From NCBI RefSeq assembly GCF_009914755.1, contig NC_060936.1: a stretch of 64,000 bases of DNA. One strand, given 5' to 3'. Source of the DNA: the human T2T-CHM13v2.0 reference genome, Homo sapiens. This document shows, piece after piece, positions 20,650-39,113 of this stretch (the stretch's first letter is position 1; every line of letters begins with the position of its first letter). Under the pieces are notes generated by a model. The model saw nothing but the letters and a program-made list of their open reading frames with translations. It ran no database searches and had not been told where the DNA came from. The position numbers and the translations under genes were made by a program.

Positions 20650-21057
20650 AGAATGTTGCTCTGATAACCACAGCTGTGGTTATTTTGTGGCAGGTACAGG
20701 TGAGGTTGCCTCTTCTTTCCACCAGATGGCACTGGAGAAAAGGGATTTTGATTAACTTAATTTTATACACAAGATTGGTCTTTCAGAAATCTTTATCTAA
20801 ATGAAGAAACTGTTTTACATGTAGTTCGCTTTTAAGTCACCATGTTGCTAAATGCTGTGAGTCTCAACTTTAAAGAGGGTTAATACTAAAGTTGTCAGTT
20901 AAGGCTATAGTCACATATAGTCAAAATTTACTTTGACATCATTTTAAATCATATGTAAAATTCAGTATTATATTGTTCTTAGTGTGTCTAGCACTACCAG
21001 TTTTCTACCAGTATTGAAACAGGGCACGTGTTTGAGCATCAGAGGAAGTATACTGTA

Positions 21058-21063
21058 AATAAA
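21058..21063 (+). terminator. Candidate intermediate poly(A) signal AATAAA of TIGAR
   Basis: tactgtaAATAAA; overlaps a TGTAAATA (Pumilio-type) motif at 21054-21061. Confidence 0.45.
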
Positions 21064-21424
21064 AATTTGAAAAATAAGCAAAAAGGACAGACAATAATTA
21101 TCTCCATTCCCACCATACTGAAGTCATCTTTCCACTTTTTTTTTTAAAGAAACAAAACATAAAGATAAAAGTAGAGTTCTCTTTAACCAGCTCTCACAGT
21201 CCTGTTCCCTCCAGAGGCAGCCACTGCAGTGAGTCTGTGTATATGTTCACCTGTTCATCTGCTTGCAATGTTCATCTGTTCCTTATATTTTCACCTAGTG
21301 TCTGGAAGGAGATGGTACTGTTTTGGTGCTTTAAAAATAAATATCAAGCCATCTGTGTTCTTTATTTTTACTTATGTCTTGGAGGCATCTCTGTGTTGAT
21401 ATATATAGATCTAGTTAATTATAA

Positions 21425-21835
<411 letters not shown>

Positions 21836-22349
21836 TAATTTTTAAGACAAACCAATATACCTTATCCTTTATGGGGTTTTTTTGGTGTGTATCTTTAAGA
21901 AGACTTCTCTACCATGAGGTCATACAGTAATGTCTTCTTACAGTTTTTGAGAACTTCTGAATGTCAAATCTTGAAATTGAAATTTGCTTTTTATAGTATA
22001 AGGTAAGAATTTAATTTTTTTTTTCATGTGGTTGAAACAGTTATCCCAACACCATTGTAAAGGCTGTTCTTTCCCAATTGGTTTGTGGTGTGTGCTCTCA
22101 GGCCTCACACCCCCTCATTTGCTAGAGTCTGTGGACTCTTTTAGTTATCTGTGTATTTCCTTATCAGTGTCATACTTAGTTACTGTGGCTTTGCAGCTGA
22201 CTGTCTTAAAGGGTGGATACCTCCTCTTGTTCATTTTTAAAGTTGTCTTAACTATTTATGCACTTTTATTCTTCCATATAAATTTTGGAATCAATTGGTC
22301 AATTTCCAGAAAAATTCTGTTACAAATTTTATTGGAGTCACATGCATCT

Positions 22350-22900
22350 CTTCATCTATTCAATACGTATTTTTTGAGCATGGCACACACATGCCAGGCT
22401 ATTTTAAGAACTACTACAACTATGATAAAGCTGTGAATATGTAGCCATGAACCAAAACAAAGTCTCTGTCCTTGTGGAACATTTGTTCTGTCAGAGAAGA
22501 CAGTGTGTTGGCTCACATTGTGGTCAGTGCTGTTGAGCAAAATAGGTCAGAGTAAGGGGGATGGAGACTGGTGGGAGGAATGCTGCTTTATCCAGGATGG
22601 GCAGGGAGGACTCGATGGTGTCAGCACTGAAGGATGTAAGATCTGCTGCTCTGGGGAGAGGAGCAGCATGGAAGGAGTAGAGTGCAGAGGCCATGAGGAA
22701 GGATCAGGCTTGACTCCTTTGAGCAAGGGGGATGGGAGAGTGACGGGAGAAGAGGACAGGCCACATGGCCTGGTGGCCTGTGCTGAGGCCTTGGGCTTTT
22801 ACTCAAGTGAGATGAGATGCCATTGGCCAGTTTGGGCAGTGATGTGATCAGACTTGTTTCAGCAGGACCATCCTGCTTGCAATGTGGAGAGCAGGCTGTA
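22350..22900 (-). mobile_element. L2 LINE 3' fragment
   Basis: ttcatctattcaa...gagc...atgccagg L2 3' end signature and ggcttttactc...gccattgg segment. Confidence 0.7.
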
Positions 22901-23179
22901 GGGGGTGCTATAGGAGCACAAGGTTGGAGGCAGGGAAGATGGCAGCACTGGCTGTTGGGCCATTTGAAGAAGCAAGGCCAGGGATGTTGGCAGGGACCAG
23001 GCCAGAGTGCCTCCAATGGCTAACTAAGGAGCCTGGACATTGAATTTCTAGGTTAGCTTAGGATTTCTCATCCTCCCATCTGTGAATGTCATAGATCTCT
23101 CATTTTGCCTGAGTCTTTTATGCAATGATATTTTATTTGTAATATTTTCCCGGTTTTTGATTGTTTTTTAACAAATGAA

Positions 23180-23515
23180 TTTTTTAAGAGACTTAATTTT
23201 TTAAGAGAAACTTTAATTTCCCAGCAAAAGTGAGAGGAAGGTAGAGAGATTTCCCATCTATCCCCTGCCCCTACACACGCATTGCTTCTCCTACTATCAA
23301 CATCCCCCACCAGACCAGTGCATCTGTTACCATCGGTGAGCCCACATTACACTGACATATCCACATCACCTGAAACCCATAGTTTACATTAGGGTTCATT
23401 CTTGGTGTTGCATGATCTGTGGGTTTGGACAAACGTATGAAGACATGTATTCCACCATTATAGTATCATGCAGAGTATTTTCACTGCCCTAAAAGTCCTC
23501 TGTGTTCCCTGCACT
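23180..23515 (-). mobile_element. L1MC-type 3' end fragment
   Basis: ccatagtttacattagggttcattcttggtgttg hallmark. Confidence 0.75.
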
Positions 23516-24598
23516 CATCTTTCCCACCTTGTCTTGCCTGTTTCTGTTAGGTTTAGTCCGAGGCCTAGCAGAGGGAATGGGCAGAAGTTTCCAGTTCCAG
23601 GCTTCACCCCAGGCTCGCAGCTTCAAGCAGAGCCTGTCGCTTAGGCTCCCTTGCACCTGGAGTCGAAACCATGGCTCCCATTCACCTGTCTCTTATTTTC
23701 CTGTCCTTCCCACTCCTCACTCACCTACTATTCATTTCCATTTTTGGATGAGGATTCTCCTTTATTGCTTTTTAACTAAAAACCTGTTTTAGTTAGCATC
23801 TTTATTCTAATTTCTTTAAATGCTATGTCATACTCAGCAAGGACATGCTCATATTAGGGGAAGCACATAAAGTAAGATATCCCTGAGAGAACAGTGCATC
23901 TCACACCCATTCCATGGCTTAGGCTTATGCAGGAAGTGCAATATTTGGCCATATCACTTAAGTACATATGCTTATATTATGTATACTTGCATGCATATTA
24001 CATTTACAAGTAGATGAATTCGTGTAAGTTAAATGGTTCTATTATATGTCTTCACTATATTAAGGTCAGTCACAATTTAATTGAAATAGATCATCCTAGG
24101 TGAATCCACCTGGCATAATTATCAGCCCTGTTAAGCACAGACACAGGAGATGCAAAGGAAAGAAGTATTCAGTAGAGCGGTGGTGCTGGGCTGAGTACCT
24201 GCTATCAGACGCAGCACTTACCAGTTTGGAAATTGAATGGGGCTCCTAGAAAACATCCTTGTTTCATGTAAATGTTGCTTTTTACCCCTCTTTCTTTGGG
24301 CCCCATCAATTTGGAAGTACAGCTTTCAGATTGAAGTATGTGTCAGTTCCTTTGTGTCCAAACAAGATGGCTAAGTAGGTCGTCATGACAGGTAACTACC
24401 AGTGCTTTAAAAACTTTAGGATTTCCCCCCACAGTTCTCAATCACTTGGTTCATTGTTCAGCAATATGGCCTAAGGGGGTGATTTCTTCATTGATAAGTG
24501 ACAGGGCAGGGACACTGGAAAGATCTATTGTCAGAAGGCCTGGATTCAGGTTCAAGGCCTGGTTCTTAGTAATTTTGTGACCAAGCAATCGCTGAGGT

Positions 24599-25090
<492 letters not shown>

Positions 25091-28000
25091 TCACTGAGCT
25101 ACTGTATCCTCATAGAGAATAATTACAGTAATGTGTATGTGCGTGTGTTTTGGTAATCTTTTATCTTGGATTTATCAAACCTACAGAAAAGTTGCAAGAA
25201 CAGTAGAAGGAATGGCTGTATACTCTTCACACTTATTCACCACTTGCTTACCTGTTGTCCCACTTGCTTTGCCATTTTTTCTCTCTCCCTCTGTTTTCCC
25301 CTGAAACATTGGAGAGTAACTTTGAGTCCTCATACTCTTCCCCTATAAAATTTCAATGTGTGTTTCCTGAGATCAACAATGTTCTTATATATAACCCAGA
25401 ATAAATATCTGAGTCAGGAAATTTGACATTGATATTGCCTATTAGCTAATCCTTAGACCAAATTTAAATTCTGTCAATTATTTTGTTGATGTACCTGTGG
25501 CTTTTTTTTTTTTTCTGAATCAAGAATCCAATCAATCCAGGACTGTGTGTTGTGTTGCATTTAGTTGTCATGTTTCTTCATGTCCTTCCGTCTACTCCTT
25601 TGCCTTCCTTTGCCCTTCTTTTTTTCTCCCACCATCTATCTAACCAGATGAACTTTGTCTTTCTTGATCTTGTTACTTTTTAAAAAATAGGTGAGTTCTT
25701 GTGGTTTTTTTTCCTGACATATCCTCATTATTAGATTTGGATTGTATACTTTTGTCAGAAGCAGCCCAGAAAGGATGTGTCCTTGGTCATGTCAGGAGGG
25801 ACAGGACGTTGTATCAATATGTCTGGTTCCTCATTAAATTTGCAACTACTCTTTTAGCCTTTATTGTTTATTTTCTGACTCTGTTTTTTTTTTTCTTTAG
25901 CCAACTCACGCCATGACTCTACTTTTGCTTCTATGTTTATTAGTTGGCATTCTGTACTAAGACAGCTTTACCCTTCTTGCCTACTTATTTATGTCAGTAT
26001 GAGCTCAGAAGTTCTTATTCAGGGGCTTATAATACAGTACTCTTATTATTTTATGGTTACACAGTCCCAACTTTGTCCTGTGGGAACCCTTTCAGGCTGG
26101 CTCTTATGTTCTGGTGACATAATCTCATCCTTCTTTAAGTACTTTCTTTCTGGTATTAACAATATGCTCCAGACTCATTCTTCCCGAGCCCCAGCCCCAG
26201 AATCAGCTTTTTCTCTAAAGAGCCCTGGTTCTTTGGAAATGAAATGAAAGACGCCTGGTGTGCATGGTATTTAGAAACCAAGATCTCGGTGCCAGGGTGC
26301 TCATTGCTAATAGTGCCTTTAAAAAAATTACTGCATTGAATTCCAATGCATAGATACACAACAGTTTGTTTATTCTTCCATTGACGGAACACAAGGACCA
26401 TTTCTAGTTTGGAGCTATTATGAATAAAGCTGCTATAAATATTTTTACAAGTCTTTTTGCGGACGTATGTTTTCATTTCTCTTGGGTAAATAATCTGGGA
26501 GTGGAATTGCTGAGTTATAGGTTATATGTTGGTGTATGTTTAGTTTTATAAGACACTTGCCAGATCTTTTTCCATGGTGGTTGTACCATTTCATGCTTAT
26601 CAACAATGAGTTCTAGGTGCTTCACATCCTTGCCAACATTTGTTATTATCAGTTTCTAAAATTTTAGCCATTCTGATTGTTGTATGGTAGTATATCCCTG
26701 CAATTTTAACTGGTGATATGGAATGCTTTTTAATGTACAATTCTTATTGATCATTCATACAGCTTTCTTTGTGAAATGTGTATTAAAATCTTATCCATTA
26801 AAAAATTGTGTCATCTTTTTATTTTTGAGTTGTAGGAGTTCTTTATATGTTTTGGGTATACAAGTTCTTTGTCAGATGTGTGTGTGTGTATGTATGTGTG
26901 TATGTGTGTGTGTGTGTGTGTATATATACACATGTATCTACATATATATAATTTTATTCCAGTCTGTATATTTATTATAAAATATGTTATTCTACCATTT
27001 ATCAATTTTTTTAAGTTGTTGATTTTCATAAGACTGATTTACCATTGTGTTTGTTTTATGATTATTGCTTTTTTTTTGTCAAAGAAATTTTTGTCTATCC
27101 CCTGGTCATGGAGACTCTGTTTTCTTCTAGAAGATTTGTGATTTATAAGTTTTATATTTAGGTCTTGATCCATCTGGAATTTTTGTGTGTGGTATGAGGT
27201 AGCAGGTTCAGGCTTATGGTTATTTACCTGGATATCAAATTGTTCTAGCAGCATTTGTTGAAAAGACTTTTCTTTTCCCTTGAATTTATTTGGTTCTTTT
27301 GTCATAATTCAACTTATTGTGTAAGTGTTGGTGTATTGCTGGGCTCCTTATTTAATTCCATTTATCTTTTTGTCTATCCATATGCAAATATCACACTGTC
27401 CTGATTATTCTACATTCATAGCAAGTCTTGAAATCAGTGTATAAGTCACCTATGTACTTGTTCTTTTTCAGGGTGGTGGTTGTTGTTTTGGCTCATTGCA
27501 GGTCCTTTGTATTTCCACATAAATTTTTTAAAAATATACTTTTTAGAGCAGTTTTTAGATTTATAGAAAAATTGAGACAATATGTAGAATTCCCATACAC
27601 CTGCATCCAGTGTCCTCTGTTATTAACATCTTATGTTAATGAATTGATACTGACACATTATTAACCAAAGCCCATAGTTTATTCAGATTTCCTTAGTTTT
27701 CACCTAATGGCATGTTTCTATTCCAGAATCCCATCCAGGATACCACATTATGCTTACTTGTCATGTCTTCTTAGGTTCCTCGTGTGTGTGTGTGTGTGTA
27801 TACATTTCATTACCCTTGCTTTTTTAATGTGGAAAGTATACATAGCAGCATTTACCAAATCAACTATTTTTAAGTAGACAATTCCGTGGCATTAAGTCCA
27901 TTCACACTGTTGTGCAACTACCCTTGCTTTTTTAAAAAATTGACACATAATTGTACATATTTATGGGGTATAGAGTGATGTTTTGATAAATGTATACAAC

Positions 28001-28503
28001 ATGTAATGATCAAATTAGGGTAATTGGCATATCCATCACCTCAAACGTTGCTCATTTCTTTGTGTTGGGAACATTCAAAATCCTCTTTTCTAGCTATTTG
28101 AAAATGTGCAATGAAGTATTGCTAACCATAGTCACCATACAGTGCAAGAGAACACTAGAACTTATTCCTTCTATCTCACTATAATTTGGAGCCCATGAAT
28201 CAGCCTCTCCCTGTCCGTGTTCTCCTCCCCTTTCCAGCTCCTGGTAACCACTGTTCTCTCTCCTTCTATTGGATCAACTTTGTTAGCTCCCACATATGAG
28301 CGAGATCATGCAGTGTTTGCCTTTCTGTGCTTAGACTCCTCTTGCCTGTAACAGTTTCTCAGACTTTCTTTGTTTTTTTTTTAATGACCCTGGGAGTTTG
28401 AGAAGTGCTAGTCGGGCGTTTTGTAGGATGACTGTCTGTTGGAATTTGTTTGATATTTTTCTCATGATTAGACTGGGGTTATTGAAAAGTAAAGTTCCAT
28501 TTT

Positions 28504-28825
28504 ATTTCTTTTCTTTCTTTCTTTTTTTTTTTTTTTTTTTTTTGAGACAGAGTTTTGCTCTTGTCGCCCAGGCTGGAGTGCAGTGGCACGATCTCGGCTC
28601 ACCGCAACTCTTCTGCCTCTCGGGTTCAAGCGATTCTCCTGCTTCAGCCTCCTGAGTTGCTGGGATTACAGGCATGAGCCACCACCCGGCTAATTTTGTA
28701 TTTTTAGTAGAGATGGGGTTTCTCTGTGTTGGTCAGGCTAGTCTTGAACTCCTGACCTCATGTGATCCACCTGCCTCAGCCTCCCAAAGTGCTGAGATTA
28801 CAGGCATGAGCCACCGCGCCTGGCC
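28504..28825 (-). mobile_element. Alu
   Basis: 15-bp TSD gtaaagttccatttt at 28489-28503 and 28827-28841. Confidence 0.95.
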
Positions 28826-30037
28826 TGTAAAGTTCCATTTTCATTACATCATATCAAGTGTAGATGATATAAATACGACTTGTTTCATTTGATTGTTGAT
28901 GTTGACCTTGATCACTTGGCTAAAGTAGTGTTTGTCAGGTTTCTCCGTTGTAAAGCTATTCTTTTTTTCTGTCTTTCCATACGGTACTTGTGGAAGAAAG
29001 TCAGGAAGTCACTGTGCACACAAGGAGTCGGGATTTATGATCCTTCTTTTTGAGGAGGGAGTATCTACAAGTTATTTGGAATTCTTCATGGATGATTTTT
29101 TTTCTTATTACCTTATTTATGTATGTATTTATTCAATCATTTATTTATATCATTTTGTTCTTGTGAATAGTTATTTTATACTTTGGGTTATAATCCCATG
29201 CTACTTTTTATTGTTGTTTCTCAAATTGCTCCAGCTTCAGCCATTTGGAGCTCTTTCAGTTGGCTCTTGTGTTCCTTTGAAATACCCCCATCAACTTGGC
29301 TTGTTTTTATTGTTGCTGTTGTTTTAACACAGGTGTACTTTCTGTCAGTACTAGACACTCTAGGCTCCTCTTGCATATTTCATGTCCCATTCCTAGAACC
29401 AGCCATTTCTTCAAGGCACCGTGGTTCCTTTTATTAGAGAATGATGTTAAAAACCAAGATGAGAGCTAGGTGTGCTGGTTACTATTAAGGTATTGTTTCT
29501 TTAGGCCCTCTCAGCTGACAGAACAAGGAAATATATGTGTGTATACTAATCCACATATGTATACATAGCTATAAGTATTTCTATATGTGACCATCTGTAT
29601 TCATCAATGTAACGCTTATGTGCAGTTCCTTTTGCCTTTAGTCTTGCAGACTTCACTCATTTCCAAAATTACTTAGGTTAGTCAGCACCTTTCCCCACCA
29701 CCCCAGTGAGGTTGTTTTATACACATGTAATATAGTTAGATTACTTTGTTCCATATACATTTTTAAGTCAGCTTGTTCATTTCTGTTTTAAAAAGGCTGC
29801 TGAGACCGTACTTGTGGAATAATTGACATTTTAACCATACTGAGTCCTCCAAATCAGTATCGATACAACGAATTTTTCTCATCAGTGTTGTGTAATATTT
29901 ATGTTTGACATTAAATTTGTCCCTAATTATTTTATGGTTTCGTTTGTTCCTATTTTATGCTTATGACCCTGTTATAAATTGAATTTTTACATTTTAATTT
30001 AAAATTTTACTTTCCAGTGTTTGCTGCTGGTATATAA

Positions 30038-30039
<2 letters not shown>

Positions 30040-30080
<41 letters not shown>
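30040..30080. repeat. (TG)n microsatellite
   Basis: Direct inspection; similar tracts at 26877-26920 and 27782-27799. Confidence 0.95.
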
Positions 30081-30082
<2 letters not shown>

Positions 30083-30260
30083 CTAAATTTGCATATTATT
30101 TTTAGCTTTAGTTGAGTTCTGGTCATTGCTTTGTGGATACCCTAGGGCTTTCTACATAGACAATCATGTCCTCTCAGAGTAGACGTTTTTATATTTGTAT
30201 GCCATTTGTTTCTTGCCTTATTGCACTGCCTAAGACCTCCAGCAGAATTAAATAAAAGTA

Positions 30261-30588
30261 CAGGTTGAGCATCCCTAATTCAAAAGTTGGAAATCCTAAA
30301 TGCTCCAAAATGCAAAACTTTTTGAGCACTGACATGAGACGGTGATACCTTTGCTTTCTGATGGTTTAATGCATACAGACTTTGTTTCATGAACAAAATT
30401 ATTCAAAATATTGTGCAAAATTACCTTCAGGGTAAGTGTATAAGGAATATATGAAACGTAAATGAATTTCATGTTTAGACTTGGATCGCATCACTAAGAA
30501 CATCTCTATGTATTTATAAAATCTGAAAAAATAAAAAATTCAAAATGCTTTTGGTCCCAAGCATTTCAGAAAAGGGAAACTCAATCCA
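30261..30588. mobile_element. Tigger4b-like (TcMar-Tigger) DNA transposon
   Basis: TA|caggttgagcatccct ... agggaaactcaatcca|TA terminal inverted repeats with TA TSD. Confidence 0.8.
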
Positions 30589-31359
30589 TAATGAAAGAAA
30601 ACATTTTTGCTTATTCCTAATTTCAGATCAGGTTGTGAGCTGTCTTAAGATATGATGTTAGCTGTAGGTTTTTCATAGATGCATTTTATCAGGTGGAGGA
30701 AGTTCTCTTACATTCCTAGTTTGCTGAGAGTTTTTATCATAAATAGATACTAAACTTTGTCTAATTTTTTCCTGTGTTTATTGAACTGATATTATCTTTC
30801 TTCTTTATTTTGTTAATATCTTGAATTACATTTTAAAATGTTAAATCAATCTTTCTTACTACCTGGAATAAACTCAACTTGTATTATTAAAATTTTTATA
30901 TATTGTTGAATTTGGTTTGCTATATTTAGTTAAATATTTTTGTATTAATGTTCGCAAAGGTTTTTAATCTGTAGTTGGTTGGGTTTTTTTTTTTGTCATT
31001 TCTTTGCCATGTTTTGAAGTCAAAGTTGTTTTGTCATTATATAACAGGTTAAGAGGTGATGCTGCTCTGGAAAAGTTTGGGTAGGATTGGCTGAAATGTT
31101 TAGTAGAATTTGCTACTGAAACTATCTGAATCTGGAATTTTGTTTGTGGGAATTTTTTGATAATTTAACTTTTGTAATAGGTATTCAGATTTTCTGTGTC
31201 ATCTTGTGTCAGTTTTTATAAATTTAGATTTTTCAAGTACTTTATCTTTCATTGAAATTGTCAAATTTATTGTCACAAAGTTATTTTTAATGTTCACTTA
31301 TTGTCTTTTTAATTTCATGATATCGCCTCTGCTATTTTTCTTTTTTAAATTTTTAAAAA

Positions 31360-31668
31360 TATTTATTTATTCATTTATTTTTGAGATGTAGCCTCACTCT
31401 GTTGCCCAGCCTGGAGTGCAGTGGGGCATGATCTCACCTCACTGTACCTCTGCCTCCCAAGTTCAGGTGATTCTCCTGTCTCAGCCTCCCAAGTAGCTGG
31501 GAGTACAGGCGCCCACCACCACGCCCAGCTAATTTTTGTAATTTTAGTTGAGACAGGGTTTCACCATGTTGACCAGCCTGGTCTCGAATTCTTGGTCTCA
31601 TGTGATTCACCCGCCTCAGCCTCCCAAAGTGCTGCGTTATGCAGGTGTGAGCCACCACACCTTCCCCC
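31360..31668 (-). mobile_element. Alu
   Basis: Reverse dimeric Alu; TSD-like ctctgc(t/c)atttt. Confidence 0.9.
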
Positions 31669-32834
31669 CTCTGCCATTTTTCATATTGGTATTTTGTATT
31701 TTCTCTTTTCCTTAATATTCTTGGCAAATAACTTTTCAGTTCTATTAATTTTTTCTTGAAACCAACATTTCTGTTTTTTGTCTCTTTTCTAATTCATTGA
31801 TTTCTGTTCTTATATCCTCTGTCTACTTATTTTGGACCTAATTTGTTTTTTATGTCCTCCTAGAGTCTTAATGAATAATCTTAGGTTGATTTTAACCTTC
31901 TCTCTTTTTATATATAAGCTTTTAAAATATAGAGCTTTTCTAAGTGCTGCTTTAGCTGTGTATCATAAATTTTGGTATGTTGTATTTTTATTGTCATTTA
32001 GTTAGATGTACTTTCTATTTTTGATTTGCTCTTTGATTCATGTATTATTTATAAATGTGCTATTTGATTCAAAATATTTGAGGATTTTTTTCAAATAGCT
32101 TGGTGATTTCCAATTAAATGGTAGGAGAGAATATTCTGTAAGATTTTGAAATTTTTAGTTAATTGAGACTTCTCAGCCAAGCATATGATCTGTTTTGATG
32201 GATGTTTAATTTGTACTCAGAAAGAGAATGTATTCTGTAGTTGCTGGATTTAGTGGTCTACACATGTCAACTAAATGAAGTTAGTTAATGATGTCCAGAT
32301 ATCTGTATCCTTACTAATTTTTTGTGTATTTGTTTAATCAGTTACTGAGAGAGGGGTGTTCCCATTTCTAACTAAGATTTGAACTTGTCTATTTTTTCAG
32401 TTTTGTCAGTTTTCTTCATGTATTTTATTGCTTTGTTTTTAGGGACATGAGCCATTAGGATTTTTACGTCTTCCTGATGAATTAGCCCTTTTATTATTAT
32501 GAATTGTTCCTCTATTTATGCGGTATTCCTTCACTTGAAGCCTATTCTCTATGATATTAATATAGTAAGTTCATATTTTTTATATTGAATGTCTTCACTG
32601 TGTATCTTTCCATTCTTTTCTTTAAGTATGTGTTTTGTACAAAACAAATAGTTGGGTGTTTTTTAAATCCAATTTGACCACTCCTGTCTTTAGTTATAGT
32701 GTTTGGCCCATTTATATTTAATGTAATTATTAATATAATTTGGTTTAGTCTATCATTTTTCTGTTTGTCCCATTTGATTTTTATTCTCCTGCTCCTCCTT
32801 TCTTCCCTTCCTTGGAATAACTGAATTTTTTTAG

Positions 32835-33056
<222 letters not shown>

Positions 33057-34676
33057 CTTCTTATTGTGAGTATTTTAGTGGTCACTTTGGGGATTACAAT
33101 ATGCATCCTTAATTTATCACAGTCTAGAGTTAATATTGTAAGATTTTTACATACAGTGTTATCATCTTGTAACCATATTGTTTCATTTATCCCTCCCATC
33201 CTATGTGGGAGTTTTGCCTTATATATTACATCTATATATGTTACAAAACCTGCATACAGTGTTATAATTTTTGCCTTAAGCAGCCTGTTAGTGAAATCAG
33301 GGAAGAAGGTATACAATATATATAGTTTAAATGTATTCACACATTTAATGATGGTTTTCTTTCTGTAATTCTAAATGTCCATCTGGTGTTACTCCTTTTC
33401 AGCATGGCAATAATTTCTCTCCATTTTTATTCCATCTTAATTTTGAAGGACATTTTTGCTGTATGTGTAATTCTGGGTAGGTAGCTTTTTATTTTCTTTC
33501 AACCTTTTCAATACATCATTCCATTGTCTTCTAGTTTCCATGGTTATGAGAAGAAATCCACTACTATTATAGCTGTTCCTCTATATATAAAGTGTCATTT
33601 GTCTACAGTAGCTTTCAGATTTTCTGTTGATTTTTGATTTTTAACAGTTTGACTGCAATATACATAACTGTGATCTTTGCATTTGTCTTGCTTGGAGTTT
33701 TCTGAGCTTCTTGTATTAGTACACTTATTTTTAACCAATAATTGGGAAATTTTCAGCCACCATATCTTCAAATATTTTTTACTCCCCAGTTCTTTGTGCT
33801 CCTTTCCTTCTGGGACTCAACTTACTCATATGTTGGACAGCTTAATAAGGTCTCACAGATCATTGAGGTTCTACTCATTTTCAAAAAACTTATTTCTTCT
33901 CTGTTACTCAGATAAGATAATTTATATTAGCTCTATCTTTAGATCACCTTACTAGTTTCTAGTGACTGCATTTTCTCTTGATTGTGCACATGTTTTTTTC
34001 CTATTTCTTCTCATGTCCAGTTATTTTACTATTACTGATTGTGTAGGATACCATGTATTAAGTCTGAATCATGTCCTCTTCCTTTAAAAGGTGTTAAGTT
34101 CTCTTCTGGCGGTCAGTTACATTATTGGTAGATCCTTGTAGTTTGCCAGGATTGGTATAATTCTCACTTAGAGCAAGTCTGTTTCAGTTTTGAATTTAGT
34201 TTTAGGATATACCCCCTGCCTCTGGGGCTTAGTCTTATAAGAACAGCCTTTTGAGTTCTGAGGCACTCAGTAAGGTCTCTTCACCCAGGTGTGGTTGAAT
34301 TTCTAACGTGTTTCAACATTGCATAGCATCTGGTATCACTCACTATCTATCTCCTGCTGCTGTAGCAGGTGACCTTTGTAGGACTCACCGTATCTTACCT
34401 CGTGCATGTGCTACCCAGTCTTTGGCGAAGGACCTGTAGTGAATGCTCATGCCCATATGTAAAGTCTCTCCTTTTCATAGTTCCTTCTGAAAGAAGGAAC
34501 TCTGGGAACACCAGTCTCAGAATGTAGATTCATTATCTTGGTGTCCTGCTATCAAATCTCACGGGACGGTAACACTGTGTATGTGTTTAGTGCATAGCAT
34601 TTGGTTTACTGAGATACTGACGTGGTTGTGATGGTGTGTATTTTCCAAATAAAAATTCCCTCTTTAAAGAAAACAC

Positions 34677-37671
<2,995 letters not shown>

Positions 37672-38697
37672 TTAGGGCGTTGAGCCTTCACCCCTTTGTT
37701 CCCTGCTGGGGTAGAGTGGTTTTGATTAATGCTCAAGCCCTGACTATATAGTTCGCCCTTTCAGAGACTACGACTACTGGGGCCTCCGCTTACTGCCTGG
37801 AGGCCCGGGCTGGCCTGGCCTGTGGTTTTCCTGGAGTAGGCACCACCTTGTCCTTCCTGCCCTCTATCTTTTCCAAGCCTCTGCTGGCTGAAAATTGGCT
37901 TGGGTTTGTCTCTTTACTGGAGAAAGGAGAGGGGATGGAGTTTATAGGGTCAAACATGAATGAGAGCACTGACGGGATTGGAGACATGAACTTTGCTGAC
38001 AGATGAGCTGGGTTTGAATCCTCTACCACTAGTACTGGGTTTTACTGAGTGCCCCACGAAGGCCTTTGCCTGTTATTTCTTTTAATCCTCAAGCTCCACA
38101 AAGTAAGCAGTTTACAGATCAGGACTATCTACATGCCTAGAGGGGTTAACGGATGTTTAGTTAGTTATCTATATTTCAATAGTGGTTCAACAGATTTTTT
38201 GTTTGTTTGTTTACCTACTCTAGCCAGACACTATTGTAGGGGCTGGGATGCAGCAGAAAGCAAAACAGAAAGTCTCTGTTCTTGTGGAGTTTCTAGTGGG
38301 CATGTGTGGTGGTCAGAGACTCCTGAGATAAGCAGTCCTACTATTTTACTATCTCAAAATCCTCCAAAAGAGGCCAGCAGCCTTTAGTTTGGGAAATCCT
38401 TTGCTTACCAATCCGAATGAATAGCTATCACAATTGGGGCAGGGGTTATTAATTAAAAATCTTTAACTGGAGGGAGCTCCACAGGTCACGTGGTCTATTC
38501 CACTTCGCTTTTTCCAAGTGAAAATGCTGAAGTTTGGAGAAGTGAGGAGATTTACCCAAAGTCACAGCTAGTCCCAGAATCAAGAAGACACCAATGGCTT
38601 TTCACCCTTTCTAATGTACTTTACAACGTGAATTGACATGACTTGAGGACCTACGACTACATACCAGGGCCTGTGCTAGATTCAAAAGTGGGTTCCA

Positions 38698-39113
38698 CAA
38701 CCCAAATGTCCAACAATGATAGACTGGATTAAGAAAATGTGGCACATATACACCATGGAATACTATGCAGCCATAAAAAATGATGAGTTCATGTCCTTTG
38801 TAGGGACATGGATGAAATTGGAAACCATCATTCTCAGTAAACTATCGCAAGAACAAAAAACCAAACACCGCATATTCTCACTCGTAGGTGGGAATTGAAC
38901 AATGAGATCACATGGACACAGGAAGGGGAACATCACACTCTGGGGACTGTTGTGGGGTGGGGGGAGGGGGGAGGGATAGCATTGGGAGATATACCTAATG
39001 CTAGATGATGAGTTAGTGGGTGCAGCACACCAGCATGGCACATGTATACGTATGTAACTAACCTGCACAATGTGCACATGTACCCTAAAACTTAAAGTAT
39101 AATAATAAAAAAA
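38698..39113 (+). mobile_element. Young 5'-truncated L1 (L1PA2-like) in FGF23 intron 2, antisense to FGF23
   Basis: ORF2 C-terminus plus 3' UTR; perfect 14-bp TSD aaaagtgggttcca at 38684-38697 and 39114-39127; lacks the L1HS-Ta ACA/G diagnostics. Confidence 0.92.
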
